From Amoebophrya sp. A120 (taxonomy: Eukaryota; Protista; Dinoflagellata): DNA of 64,000 nucleotides. Made by a program: the position numbers and the translations under genes. Below are positions 50,301-61,774 of this stretch, in pieces. The stretch's first letter is position 1, and each line of letters opens with the position of its first letter. The stretch is from assembly GCA_905178155.1 (NCBI GenBank), contig CAJINV010000002.1, positions 8,327,224 through 8,391,223 on the forward strand. Direction: 5' to 3'. The notes beneath the pieces are model-generated. The model was not told where the DNA came from. It ran no database searches and worked only from the letters and a program-made list of their open reading frames with translations.

Positions 50301-53009
50301 TTGCTGTTCTGCTTGTTGTGCTTCATCCCGGTCTCTTTTCATCTGCAACTGGAGCGCAAGGCGGGCATGGTGCGGATGCGGTAGTAGAGGCATAGAAGGA
50401 CGACGGCGGTTCTGAACAGGCGGCGACACTCCCGATAATGAAGCATCTTGAGCTGCTGTGATCTCCGTCTCGGTCTCCGATGGTGTAGTAGTAGTTGCAA
50501 TACCTTCTTGCTGCTGAGATTTTGCAGCCACTTCCTTCAATGCGCTTAGAATTGCAGATTTGATGTTCTGCAGGTACCGGCGCGGGATTTTCCGCACGCC
50601 GCCGCGGGCGGCAAAGAGGAATTCGGTCAGCAAGTTCTCGGGGAAAACGGCTCTCCAGAAGCTCGCGACGAAGGCCCGCGGGTAGCGCTCGACGCGGTTA
50701 AAGGCGTGCACGGCGGACGTGGACCTCATCAGGGACAGGTCCCAGAGCGGCATTTCGTGGCCATTCTCGTCGCCCATGATGACAAGGGGGTTGTGATCGC
50801 CAGATACGACCATCTTTGTTTCCAGCGCCAGTTGGTGCTGTTGCTGTTCTCTTGCCAGCCGCTCTGCCAGTCGGGCGACGTCCGCCGCCGCGGCCTCTTT
50901 CTCTAAAAGGTCCTGGATACCAGCAGTGCTGCGGGGTCGTGATGTTTCATTGCGAGGCAGGACCGTTGTTGGTGTAGTACTGGCAGGACGAGGAGAGGCC
51001 GAGGCGGAGGGAGTGCGGTGATCAAGGCGAGTTCGCGGACCCACCGCACTCTCATCATGAAGATCTCCACGACCATGTGCCTCGTCCGCTCGGCTCGCAG
51101 AAGGTCGCGCCCCTCCTGTGGGGTGCGGCGCCGGGATCGGTAAAAAGGTCAAGGGCGCGTCGTCGAACGTGAGACTTGTTGGTGCGTTTGTGGCCAAGAA
51201 CATTGGAGGTTGTTGGGCTCCGAACGGAATCGCGGAGTTCCTGTTTGTTGTTCGTGCAACATGATCCACAAAAACTCCCCCCGGACCCTCCGACGCGATG
51301 CGTTGCAGAGACTCATGATCTGTAGGTTGCTCCCGAGCGCTGTAAGAGTTGTAGCGTTCGAAGCGACTGTGGTCAACATGATCCTGAGAACTGTTGCTGG
51401 CCTCGCAGCCTGCGCAGTTGTTGTAAACGCTGCGGTTGTCGCGGCGAAGCAAACTTCCATCGCCTCTGACTGGCGGCACTACTGTGCCTACGAGCGAAAC
51501 AAACGCCACGGCGCAGACGAGCGGACAGAGGACCACCCCTTTCTTCCATCCCGGGACGCGGGCCAGCTGCTGCCGGGCGGTTCTCACACCGCCGGTCATC
51601 ACCTCACGGGCCGCCCGGTTTTCGTCTTCGTCCTGTCCGTGCAAAATAGATTGCTGCTCAGAGTCACCGACCTCAGCGTCAACATGCTCTTCGCCAGCCA
51701 CTTCGCTGTCGCTATACGAATCGGGCACCGAGCCGCCGAGCATGCGAATCAATGTGGCGCCAGGCCGCGCTTTGTGTGGTCGTGCGCCCCCGGAGCTTTT
51801 GGCGTTCATCATCTGCAGCGACATGGTTGAAAGTGCCGGGCCTTCGGCGGGCACGAGAGACTCGTGCTGCTGGAGCTCTGGGTGTGTTTCCTCGTCTTGC
51901 AGCTCTTCGGTTGTTTTCTTGAACAACGGGGCGCGATGGTTTGTTCGAGTTTCATCGTGGTCCTCTGCGTTTTTACTTCCAGTAGAAACCACAACTGTGT
52001 TACCGCCTCCAATCGCACAGCCGTCGACAAGTTCTAGCAGGTGCGAAGGACGATCGTTCTCGTGTGGCCGGTCCGCTTGCAGAACCATCTTTGGCCGCCG
52101 CTCTATTTCAAATCCTTCGTCCTTGCGGTCACAGTGCTGACCAGCACGACCTTGGGGCAAAATCAAGCACTTCTCATCCGCAGCAGGACCGCCGTCGCGG
52201 CAGGCGCCAACTTTGACGCTATCCATCGCATAGGATCGTCTGCCCGGGCTGCGGGGACGCTGCAGTTGTAGACGCGCTTGCTGGTGACAACTGTCATCAC
52301 CTGCATCTATTTCGTCCCCGAATATCTGACGAAGAAGATTTTCATCAAAATACTTCGACGCGTCGGTGCTTGTGGTGGAGGACGCAGTGCCGCCTTCGCC
52401 TTCCACTCTTCCACCCAGCTCAACATCATCTTCATCACCGGCCACCGCAACCTCTTCTGCAGCGCCTTCCTGGAGTGACAGCGACGAGGCCTGCGTGCTG
52501 TTCGTGCTTTTGCGTTTCCAAACTGAGCCCTTCTGCGTCCAGCTGTTTGAAGAAGAGGAGATAGAACTTCTGGACCTCCTGGCGGGATCAACAGCAGCTG
52601 CGAAGCTGCTGTCGCTGCTGAACGAGGACGACGATGAAGATGCTGACGTGGCGCGCGGGGGCGCACCAGTCGCGGGGCCAAGTTCGCCCGCGCTCGAAGA
52701 CCCTCCGCTGCTCGGTGCTGGGCCACTCAAGCGAGCAGGAGCGGAGTGGTCTTCTCCGATTCCATCTTCGGCCGCCCTAGCAGAGACTGAAGTAGATGCC
52801 GCGCCGGGGTGCTCATCTGGATCTCCGGCAGGGCGTTGCGACGACGTGGCGACGTCGGCCGTGGGGGTTCTTGGGCGAAAGGAGAAGTCGGCATCTTTCT
52901 CAAAAATCGCAGCGGCAACTGCGAAGAGGCACGGCCGCGTGGCGGTCGTGTGTCCCGTCGCAACTATGGTTGCGCCAACAGCGAATTTTCGCAGCCAGAT
53001 CGAGGTCAT
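47357..53009 (-). CDS. Large low-complexity hypothetical protein
   Basis: ORFs 49761-53009 and 47981-49972 plus two short exons join in frame after removing introners 49811-50031, 47938-48114 and 47571-47860 (+5 nt each). 3' end uncertain. Confidence 0.65.
47571..47860. mobile_element. Introner, distinct family
   Basis: Perfect 13-nt TIR TATCCTGAGTAAA; flanks GCGCT/GCGGC; minus-strand removal gives DSGPQGFVFKK. Confidence 0.83.
47938..48114. mobile_element. Introner, family A
   Basis: TATGCATTGCAAAAGTATCGCA...TGCGATGCTTTTGCATTTAAATA; repeat GGTAG; minus-strand removal gives VGVYPFRVPP. Confidence 0.9.
49811..50031. mobile_element. Introner, family C
   Basis: TATGATAATGCATAAC...GTTGTGCACTTTCATA; flanks CGTCG/TCGCC poorly matched, but +5 nt restores the frame. 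Confidence 0.78.
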
Positions 53010-54293
53010 CGCGCTCGAAAAATAAACTAATCTGAAGGGGCCGCTGCGAAAATGTTTTATTCAAAACGTTCTTTTTATGCAGCTGCAGATGAGGATAGCC
53101 ATAGCGATGGGATGCGCATGCGGCGAAAGGGTTGCGCGTGGGTAAGTCTAAGTAGAAGAACTGTGCAAATGAACGTTAAGGTACGCTATGTGTATGTATG
53201 ATTGGTAACTCACTGCGAAAGCGAGATGCAAATAGAAGTGGGTGGAAAATGTTGAAAAAAAAGAGTATGTATAAGACGAGATAACACGACGTCGACAAGT
53301 ACAGCTGCAACGGGCGACCACTGGCGCGAAATATTGTCACACTTCTTGTACAGGGACATTAAGCACTAGTTCGAGCCATACAAGCATTTATTGCAAGCAA
53401 TAGCAAGGACTGTTTATTGCAAGATGATGATAGAAATAGACTCACATGATATGAGCAAGCGCTAAAGAAACACCCACAATTACTATGAATATCTTGAGCT
53501 CTCGAGCTACGGCTCCACGTGCAGCAGGTTCACCAAAGCCGCAACGGGGGAAAATATTAGACCTCACTGCACTAAGTACAAGTAGATGGACATCCTCACG
53601 TCGGAATAGTACGACCAACAGGATCTTGCTTTTCTTACTTCCCTCTGGGGGCGAAAACTGTCTCAGATCACCAACACCAAGTGGATGAAGGAATGGATAT
53701 GATCATCATGATGATCGTGGAAAGCTAGAAGGAAGGCGGATCTTCTGCTCCAGGACCAAATGATCTTCGGTCATCGTCCACGATCTCCATCAATCTTCTT
53801 GATCTTTTCATTGTGTTTCCTGTGCACCAAGCCACTTATCTGAAATGCAGAACTTTAAAGGTTATCCGAGAGCTATCGGCATCTGCGGCCTCTCCCTTGT
53901 CCACATCCGCTCGCCTAGCGAGTCGTGCAAAGCCTCCCTTGGTTCGTTGATTCAACGAGACGCTTCCGATCCCGTACCTCTATTCAATTTGGGTTTCTCA
54001 ATCACAGGCACTGTATTCTCAAGCCATCAATTGCTCGGCACGCTGAGTGCATATTATTGAAGCAGAAGCAATCTGCTGTATACTTACTTTCGCTTCTTTT
54101 TCATCTTCGTACGCGATGGAAGTTGTCAACAATCACATTGCTTTGCATTCGTTTTTCAGTCAGACGAGGAAAGGGAAACTAGGTACATCAAGTTCAAGCG
54201 AAGAAGCTCTAAAGCACAATTCGACAGGTGGAAAAATTGACTTTTTGCTCTATTGCTATCGATCTGAGATATCACTCCAGGAAGTACATACAA

Positions 54294-57200
54294 TTACCCA
54301 TCTTCCATACAGGAGTAAAAACCAGCTCCAAGAAATGGACAGCAGCAGCACGGCGCAAAGGCGCAACCGTCGAAATTGTGACTTTTCGCGAATGCCGGGG
54401 TGTACGGCGCAAAAGTCTTGAAAGCTTTATTTTTCTCTACTTCGTTATTTTTTGTGTTTGCAAAATTCAAATGTTGATTCGGGTTCTGCGAGTGTCGTGA
54501 GCCCGCGGCCTCCAGGTCGACATCGTAAAGGCTTTGCTGCATATCTTGGAGAAGTATCGTTCTTCTACTGTCCTCGTCCGGTGTGGGTGTGGCGACGGAC
54601 GGAAATTTTTCATTTTCTCCTAGGCCGGCTATGCTGGAAGCTCGACGAAGATTTCGATTATGGTCCGTCTGTATGGTCATCACGACCTGTTGAGGGGGAG
54701 CTTCAGCGGTTGTGACCACGAGTGGTGCGGAAGCAGCTGCTGGACCACTGGACGGCTGCGGCTGCACATGCGAAGGGTTGTCGTCGTGGCGCGTTGATTC
54801 CTCGCTGTCGCGCGTTTTTTCATCGTCCGTAGCAGGAGCAGCACAGCAACAAAACATAGGTCCGCGGGTGCTAGCACAGGAGGCACTGCCATCGCTGTTT
54901 TCTTGTTGTCGACGTGCACGTGGACGATGAAGAGGCCAACACGAATTTGACTCGGTTGCTTGTGGAACGGAAGCAAAATCCTGCCGAGCAGGTGGACTGT
55001 TGCTAGCTACGCTCTTCTCTATCCTCGCCGCGCGAAAAGCCTGATGGAGCTGCGCTCCGTAAAACATGGTGTAGCAGCAGGTCAGTGGCCCCAGAAAACC
55101 CGCACAGCCACCAAGAGGGAGGACAAGGAGACAGCACGCAAGTTGCTGCGTCGCCGGCTGGGTTTGCGCAGCCGCCAGTGAACATACGCAGGCCGATCCG
55201 ATGGTGAAAAGCCCGAGACAATCGTCACTGATGGCACGACGAGTGCTCAGGGCGGAAAAGAAGATGCGCGAGTGGGGATGCGTGCGGGAGAGTGGAAAAG
55301 TCCCGGGTCGCTGTTCGCAAAAACACAATATCAGGCGCAAATGTGTCTGTGCCTCGAAAGGCAAAAGTGCCACCTTGTGACGTTCTTTCCTTTCTCAGTT
55401 CTGCTTTTGTCATGCATAAGAAAGTACTAAGTGTAAGTAGCAAAGTCAAAGCCGTAATGTACCATTCTGATTTTTTTTCCACGCTGAGAGTGAATTTCTT
55501 TATGCAGTAGAGTAGGCATCGGCATCGCGGAGCTGCCGCAAAACCTGAGATGCTACGCCCTGACCTCGCATGCCAGACCTTCTGGGCCATGCAAAACATG
55601 CATCCCTCCAGACCCAGACATATTTGCCATTCATACACACGCCGCAGTTGCGAGCGCAGAAGGAGCAGGACGAACAGCAGCCGAAGCACAGTGTGTGCCT
55701 ACAGCATTTTACTGGTGTTAGCAGTTTGCATTGCAAAAGTATCACACTACCAGCACAAGAAGTTGCCTGACAAATCTTTTCAAAAGGAAAAATGCAGTCT
55801 TTCCTACATGCAGATTCAGGTAAAAAGCCACTAGATCTGTGGGTCACGCAATTACGTCGAGTGCGATTACTTACTTTTGCAAAGGATAAGCAGCACTGTG
55901 CAGCAGGTCGCGGCCCCTTTTCTGCAGCAGACGTTCCGTCCGCGACCGCTCCAACGAGGACAACCAGGCGAAGAGCGTTCTTGTTTTGCTTTCTTTTCTG
56001 CTCGGCGCAGCTCGAACTTCTTCAGCGATTCTTGGTTTTCCTTGTGGATTTTCCACAGATTTTGCTCCAAATGCAAATTCGTCGGCTGCATTGGTGCCGC
56101 AGCCGGCCGTTGCGGAAAATGATCTTCGGATGGTAGTCCTCCAAACACGGTCGTCAAATACTCGACTGTGTCGTTGGGAATCTTCGAGTCCGTGCGTCTC
56201 CACACCCTCCCACACAGCTTGTCATACAGTTTTTTGTACCGCGCGCTCCTCCGGCTGCGAAAATTGCGGTTCACAACGGGCGGCGAGACGTAGTTCGCAT
56301 CCGCACTACCGAGTAGTATTGCGTGGAAAACGTTCGGACGCTTTGCGTTACTCCCGTGCACCGCCTCCGCGGCCATGGAGTAGCAGTCCGCATCTTTCGG
56401 GAGTAGCAGAGCGAGCTTCTCCCGGAACAGGCCAAGACAGTAGCCGCGGCACAGCGGGCACTTCGTCACGGACGGGTTTCTCTGGTAGGCCAACAGACTC
56501 CGGCGACCGCTGACATCGCCTGAATCTTGCAGAGGAAAGTCCCGGGAGGCCGCACGGTAGCCCGCCCAGCAGTGACTGTGCACGCGGGAGTCGCAGCGCG
56601 CGCAGTGCCGGAGCAGAGGAAAGTGCTTGTCGTTTTCTAAACAGATGAAGCACCGGGTCGGGTCGGCAGGCTGTTCGGACGGAGGTTCTTCTTCGGAGTC
56701 AGAGTCTCCTTGTGTGGCTTCTTCTTCCTCCTGTTGTTGGCCACCATCTTTGGTTGAGTCCTCGGCGCTTGATGACGATGGGGAACCCGAGCCATCGTCT
56801 CCCGAACTTGAATCGGCAGAGTTTTGACCATCCTCCTGCTCGTCATCTTCACCGCGGCTGGCCGAGGCCGCTGAAGATGATAAGTTCGGATCATGGGCGG
56901 GAATAACTGCAACGGCGATGTGGGATGACTGAGCACCATGAGACACACTCGCCGCGTCGCTTGTTTCCGTGTGTCGGACAGCACGATCTGGACGATCGTG
57001 ATAATGTCCAGCTTCTTGCTTGCCATGACCACCAGCAAAAATGGTACTCGCTCCTGCAGCGGAGCTAGATTTTTTATTTTCAGCATCCCGACGCGTAGTC
57101 AAGGTAGTCCTAGTTCCTGATCCCGTCCATGGTCTGTCGCGCAGGTCCGCATATTGGTATTCTGGTAGATTCTTGGAACTGGTGTCATCGTGCAGGAGCC

Positions 57201-57486
57201 TCGCTCCGATAGAAGAACGCGCTGCAACATAACCGCCTGCTCTAACGCGGAGCGCCAAAGCGCCGAGGCAAGACCTGTTCCTTCGGTAATTGTGTTCATA
57301 ATGATCTTCTGTGTGAGGGAATACAATGTGGTTGAGATAGGGTAGCGAGAGCAATAGGTTGAAAAAATTACAACGAATCCACATCTGGTGCCTCAAGCAC
57401 GAGCTGAATGGAATACAGGAAACTATGCTGGAAACATGCTGCGCTATCAGACCAGGCGAAAAATTGTAGCGATCATGTGGTTTCAC
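54294..57486 (-). CDS. RING-CH (RINGv, MARCH-like) E3 ubiquitin ligase with Cys-rich hydrophobic C-terminal region
   Basis: CFIC...CARC...VHSHCW...CPLC (C4HC3). Frame continues across introners 55725-55888 and 55329-55635. Start uncertain. Confidence 0.78.
55329..55635. mobile_element. Introner, diverged family D
   Basis: TATCAGGCGCAAATGTGTCTG...CAGACCCAGACATATTTGCCATTCATA; flanks CACAA/CACAC; 312 nt, in frame. Confidence 0.83.
55725..55888. mobile_element. Introner, family A
   Basis: TTTGCATTGCAAAAGTA...TACTTTTGCAAAGGATA (left end TTT); repeat AGCAG; minus-strand removal gives CCTVLLTPVKCC. Confidence 0.88.
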
Positions 57487-58313
57487 GTCACGACCTTCAA
57501 AATTATCAAATACTTGTGCACAGTAGCAGGACTAAATATGATGTGAGCAGGCGAGCTCCAGAAGCTGCTTCAAATCTTCGAGTATAAACACCGATTGTCC
57601 CATGAAGTTTATTTGGATTTGTGCATGCTAGCCTGAGTGAATAGGAAAGTTTATCTTTGATGGGTGAAGCGAATAGCGACAGGACTACACACGAAATTTC
57701 AGGACTTCGAATCCTCGCCATCTTCATTGAGATTGCAAGAAATCACACTCAGCGCAGAACAAAAAAAAAAAGCCGTCGACGCGTGGTCTCGTGAGATAAT
57801 CAGCCACCGCAGGATCGAGTCATGAAATAGATATGATTATATCTATGTTGCTTCATCGGTGCTCTCAGACATCAAAGGGTCTTGAAAGGACACCTCAGGG
57901 CACTTTAATTTTTGAGGAGGACAGTGTTTGAGTTGTATTCTCGAAGATGCATACTTCTGGATTCATTCGGTATCTTATAGGCTCTCGGAAATTCATGTGC
58001 GAGTCCATTTCTGAAAATTTAAAATTCGCAAACTTCGAAACCCTCTGCGAATCTTATAACACGCGCCCAAAACCCGGCCCCGGCGAACCCCATTCAGCTT
58101 CCAAAGTCAACAAGGCCCCGAAAAGGGGGCTTCGAGAACTCTGAAAGATACGCGCCGTTTTTCTTCCAGAACTCTGGAGCTTCTCTTTTGTGGACTTCGA
58201 ACAAGCCGGCCCTCGATCCGGAGCCGCTTGATCCCCGAACGCCGAGGTTGGCTCCATTGCCTAGTCCATGAGGTGCCCACCACGGCTTTGAGGTTCCGAA
58301 GCCAACAAATTCG

Positions 58314-58810
58314 ACACACATGATTTTCTCAGGCTCTGAAAGAAAAACGGCGTCTTTCTTTCAGAGCCTGAGAAATTCATGTGTGTACATGTTGAGCCAA
58401 TCCCCTTCCATCAAAAGGGCGGCTGGTCGCCGGCCGTCTGGGCTGGCTTGATTGCCAGCTCCGGATCACGGCGGCCAAAGGTTGAACTTTTTGAAGAAAT
58501 CGAATTTGACACACATGAATTTCTCAGGCTCTAAAAGAAAAACGCCGCTTTTCTTTTAGAGCCTGAGAAATTCAAGTGTGTAAATGCCTTTCGCCGGCCC
58601 CCGGCTGGTGAAAATCCCCATTGGTAACTGAAACATTTTTCAGCTACCAATGGGGATTTTCACCACTCGGTGAGTGGCGAAAGCGCTTTCGCCACTCACC
58701 GAGTGGCGAAAATCCCCATTGGTAACTGAAAAGCTTTTCAGTTACCAATGAGGATTTTCACCTCTAGGTGAGAGGCGACAGCGCTTTCGCCTCTCACCTA
58801 GAGGTGAAAA
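58314..58810. repeat. Cluster of hairpins and nested palindromes
   Basis: Hairpins at 58314-58386 and 58509-58581; 156-bp near-perfect palindrome 58607-58762 centred on AAAGCGCTTT, each arm itself palindromic. Confidence 0.92.
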
Positions 58811-60273
58811 TGCCCATTGTAAACTGAAAATCTATTCGCCACTGACGAAGGCGACTCCTCCTGGTGGAAATTAATTCAAGTGTGAAAATTTGTTGGGGCT
58901 GTTATTGGTCTCGAAAAACGAGTCGCTTTCAGCACTCTTTTTTTTGCTACCCCCGATGGGTAACAATTCAAGTGTGAAAATTTAAAAGAGTCACTGGAAC
59001 GACTCACTGCAATGACTCTTTCAATAGAGTCTCAACTATTTCTCTTCATAATTAAATTTACGCACTTGAATTTACTGTCTTTTAAATTTACGCACTTGAA
59101 TTTGTTGCCAATGGCAATAAATTCAAGTGCGTAAATTTAAAAGACTCCTTCGAAGGAGTCCTTGCAAGGAGTCCCTGCCTGGACTCATTGCAAGGTGTAG
59201 CCGGAAGAGTCGAACGCAAATCCAAAACGAAAACGATTCATCCCCAACAATTTGCACTAGCGCCAGCAGATGTCCCAACTACCTCCTCCCCCAACCCCCG
59301 CTACCTCCCCTGGGGCCCGAGCCTTCTCCTTCCCAACCCGGACCACCTCCTCTACAAGTTCAGCCGCCTACTCCCGGAGCCAGGTCTTCTCCTGTGGGCC
59401 CCGGCCCCCTTCACGCGGAACCCAGACCACTTCTTCCACAGCCCAAGCGCCCTCATCCGGAGCCTGGACCCCCTCCTTCCAAACCTCCGCCACATTCTTC
59501 GGAACCCAGGCGCCCCTCGTCCCAACCCGGAAACGGCCCCGGCCCTCCCGCTGCTTTCTTCTAAATGGCCAGACCCGAGGCGCTTCAGCTTTGAAGGCAA
59601 AGCCCTTCGCCCCCTTCTGAGCTGAGGCCGCTCAACCCTTGCAGACCTACCTGCCCCAGAGGCCGAAGCGGGAGGAGCCTGCCTATGCTGGCATCCACGT
59701 GGGGCCGTGTCATTTGTCTCGCCTCGAGCCACCTCGCAGTCGGGGGCGGGTTTTACAAAAATGGCCGGAGTTGAGGCGCTTCACTTCACGAAGGGCAACC
59801 AGCTTGCCGAACCACGGCGAAGGCGCTCAGCTTTGTTGGCTTTGCTTGTCCACGGCCCGAAACCTCTTGCGCCCTGGCCTATGCGAAGCCGGGCGCGGAC
59901 CTAATGCTTGGGCGGATTTCCCCCCTTACGCTTTTGGGCCGGAAAATTAATTTTTTTTTCAAAATTTTCAAATTTTCCTTTTTCCCCCGGCCGGGAGCGA
60001 CATGGCCCAAAAGAGATGGGATCCATTGCAGGGCGGCGGGAGGGTGGCGGAAATCTTGGAAACAAGGCACCTCCGACCACATCAGACCCAAAACAAATCC
60101 CACCCCAGATGACCTTGAGAAGGCAGATCGGCCTCGGGCCCGAGGAAGGACAACTAGAAGGGAAGAATTGGGCCCATGTTCCAATCAGAGATCTTGCAAA
60201 GACCTGGATCATATCGCCACAAATAACGTCATGAGGCCTGAGAAAGCGAGACAAGACGCAAGATATCTGCTCG

Positions 60274-60531
60274 CGGAAAATTCCAGGAAAATTTCAGGAA
60301 AATTTCAAAAACGTCAAGAGGGCAACAAGAACATCGCCCGGAAAATTTCAGGAAAATTTCAGAAATCGGCCAAAACGCAAAATCGTTCCCGATTTTACAG
60401 TGTGGCCAGATTTCTGAAATTTTCCGGAGCCATTTTTGAGGTCCATTGAAATTTTCCGGAGCGGCCATCGAAATTTTCCGTGGCCCTTTTGAAATTTTCC
60501 TGAAATTTTCCGGAGGCGAAATCCCGGAAAA
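60274..60531. repeat. GAAAATTTCAG-type direct and inverted repeat cluster
   Basis: GGAAAATTTCAGGAAAATTTC twice, then the inverted copy GAAATTTTCCTGAAATTTTCC. Confidence 0.8.
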
Positions 60532-61774
60532 ATCCGAACAGAGAAATGGCGAAACCGGAGCCAATCCCAGAATATCAATCCCCGATCACCAAGAGAAGAC
60601 GGGCCTCATGCGACAAGAGATGGGATGGAGCCAAGACAAGAACGTCCCACATAAGATCGCCCCGCTGCCATTGCCTCCTAGCCGTGCCCCCGTGTTTTCG
60701 GGCCACCACCCATGGCACCAACACGCCGGGCAATAGAAGCACACTCACCAAGAACCTGGGGCCCCAAAGGCGGACCAACAAAAGCGAAAAAAATTTTTTT
60801 CGCATTTTTTTGGATTTTATTTTCGAAGAAGGTGGATTTTCCGAAGCGTTTCCACTTAGGGCCAAAATCCCACCAATAATGCCCTTCCTTTTCCGAGCTG
60901 GCCCTAGCGTGGCGCCACATCGACGACGACTCAAAACACCCCACAAGAGAATGCCTGGAGGGCGCCGGAAGGAGGGCTCGGGCAGCCACCTTCCGGCAAA
61001 GCCTTGCAGCTACACACCGCGAGGGGACCACAGAGCGCACCCCCTGAAAACCGGAGCCGGGCCCCTCACTATTCAGAACATGCCCTAAAGTGGTTCGCAA
61101 CGCACTCCACTCAGCTGGCTCCTTAGCCACAATCTTCATAGTGCCAGTGCCGATCGTGAATGCTTGCCGTCTGTAGAGGTGTCGCTCTGCCACTCAGAGG
61201 GGCGAACTACAGACGCTCCCGGCGGCCAGAACCCCTATGCCCTGCCCCCAAATCGCGGCCCCCGATGGCCGACAAAACCGCCGAAAACCGAAAACACGCA
61301 GAGCCACCAAACTGAGCCGAAACACCTAAGACCGAGAAACACAAGCCGGCGACCAGTGCAACTGCTCCAGTTTTTTCTTCGGGCAAAGGCCCCAACGTGG
61401 GCGGCAGGCCTGTGCCCGGGCGACGACCACAACAGAGCAGGATGCCAGGAGTGAGGTCATAACCCAGAGGGCCGAAGCGCTTAACGTGCGAAATAAAAAG
61501 CGCGGCGCGGGCGCTGCCGTCGCTACTTCTTGCAGAACTGTAGCGGTTCGACTCTGGCAGCAGCTCCGTGGCTGGGCAACTTGCACAAGCAAAGGAGGCG
61601 CGCAATGTTTTGCCATTGGCGCTATTCGAAAACTGCGAAATTTAAATTTTCGAACATGGTACTAGACATGAATTTCTCTGAGCCCATATATCTTAATCTT
61701 TTTTGCCTGTAGTGAGAAGGTACTCCTCTGCTTTCAATTGCCGAAGAAAGATTACCATTCGCAGTTCAACGCTG

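Larger units (their letters stand above)
57976..61688. mobile_element. 3.7-kb TIR element with introner-type ends, intergenic, apparently non-autonomous
   Basis: ~65-nt imperfect TIR TATAGGCTCTCGGAAATTCATGTG...TTCGAA vs TTCGAA...CATGAATTTCTCTGAGCCCATA; perfect flanking TATCT (57971-75, 61689-93). Confidence 0.88.

Noticed and set aside
59127-61616. ORFs inside the 3.7-kb element as a transposase
   Set aside because: Short, overlapping, Pro/Arg-rich frames with no DDE, RT, tyrosine recombinase or HUH motif.
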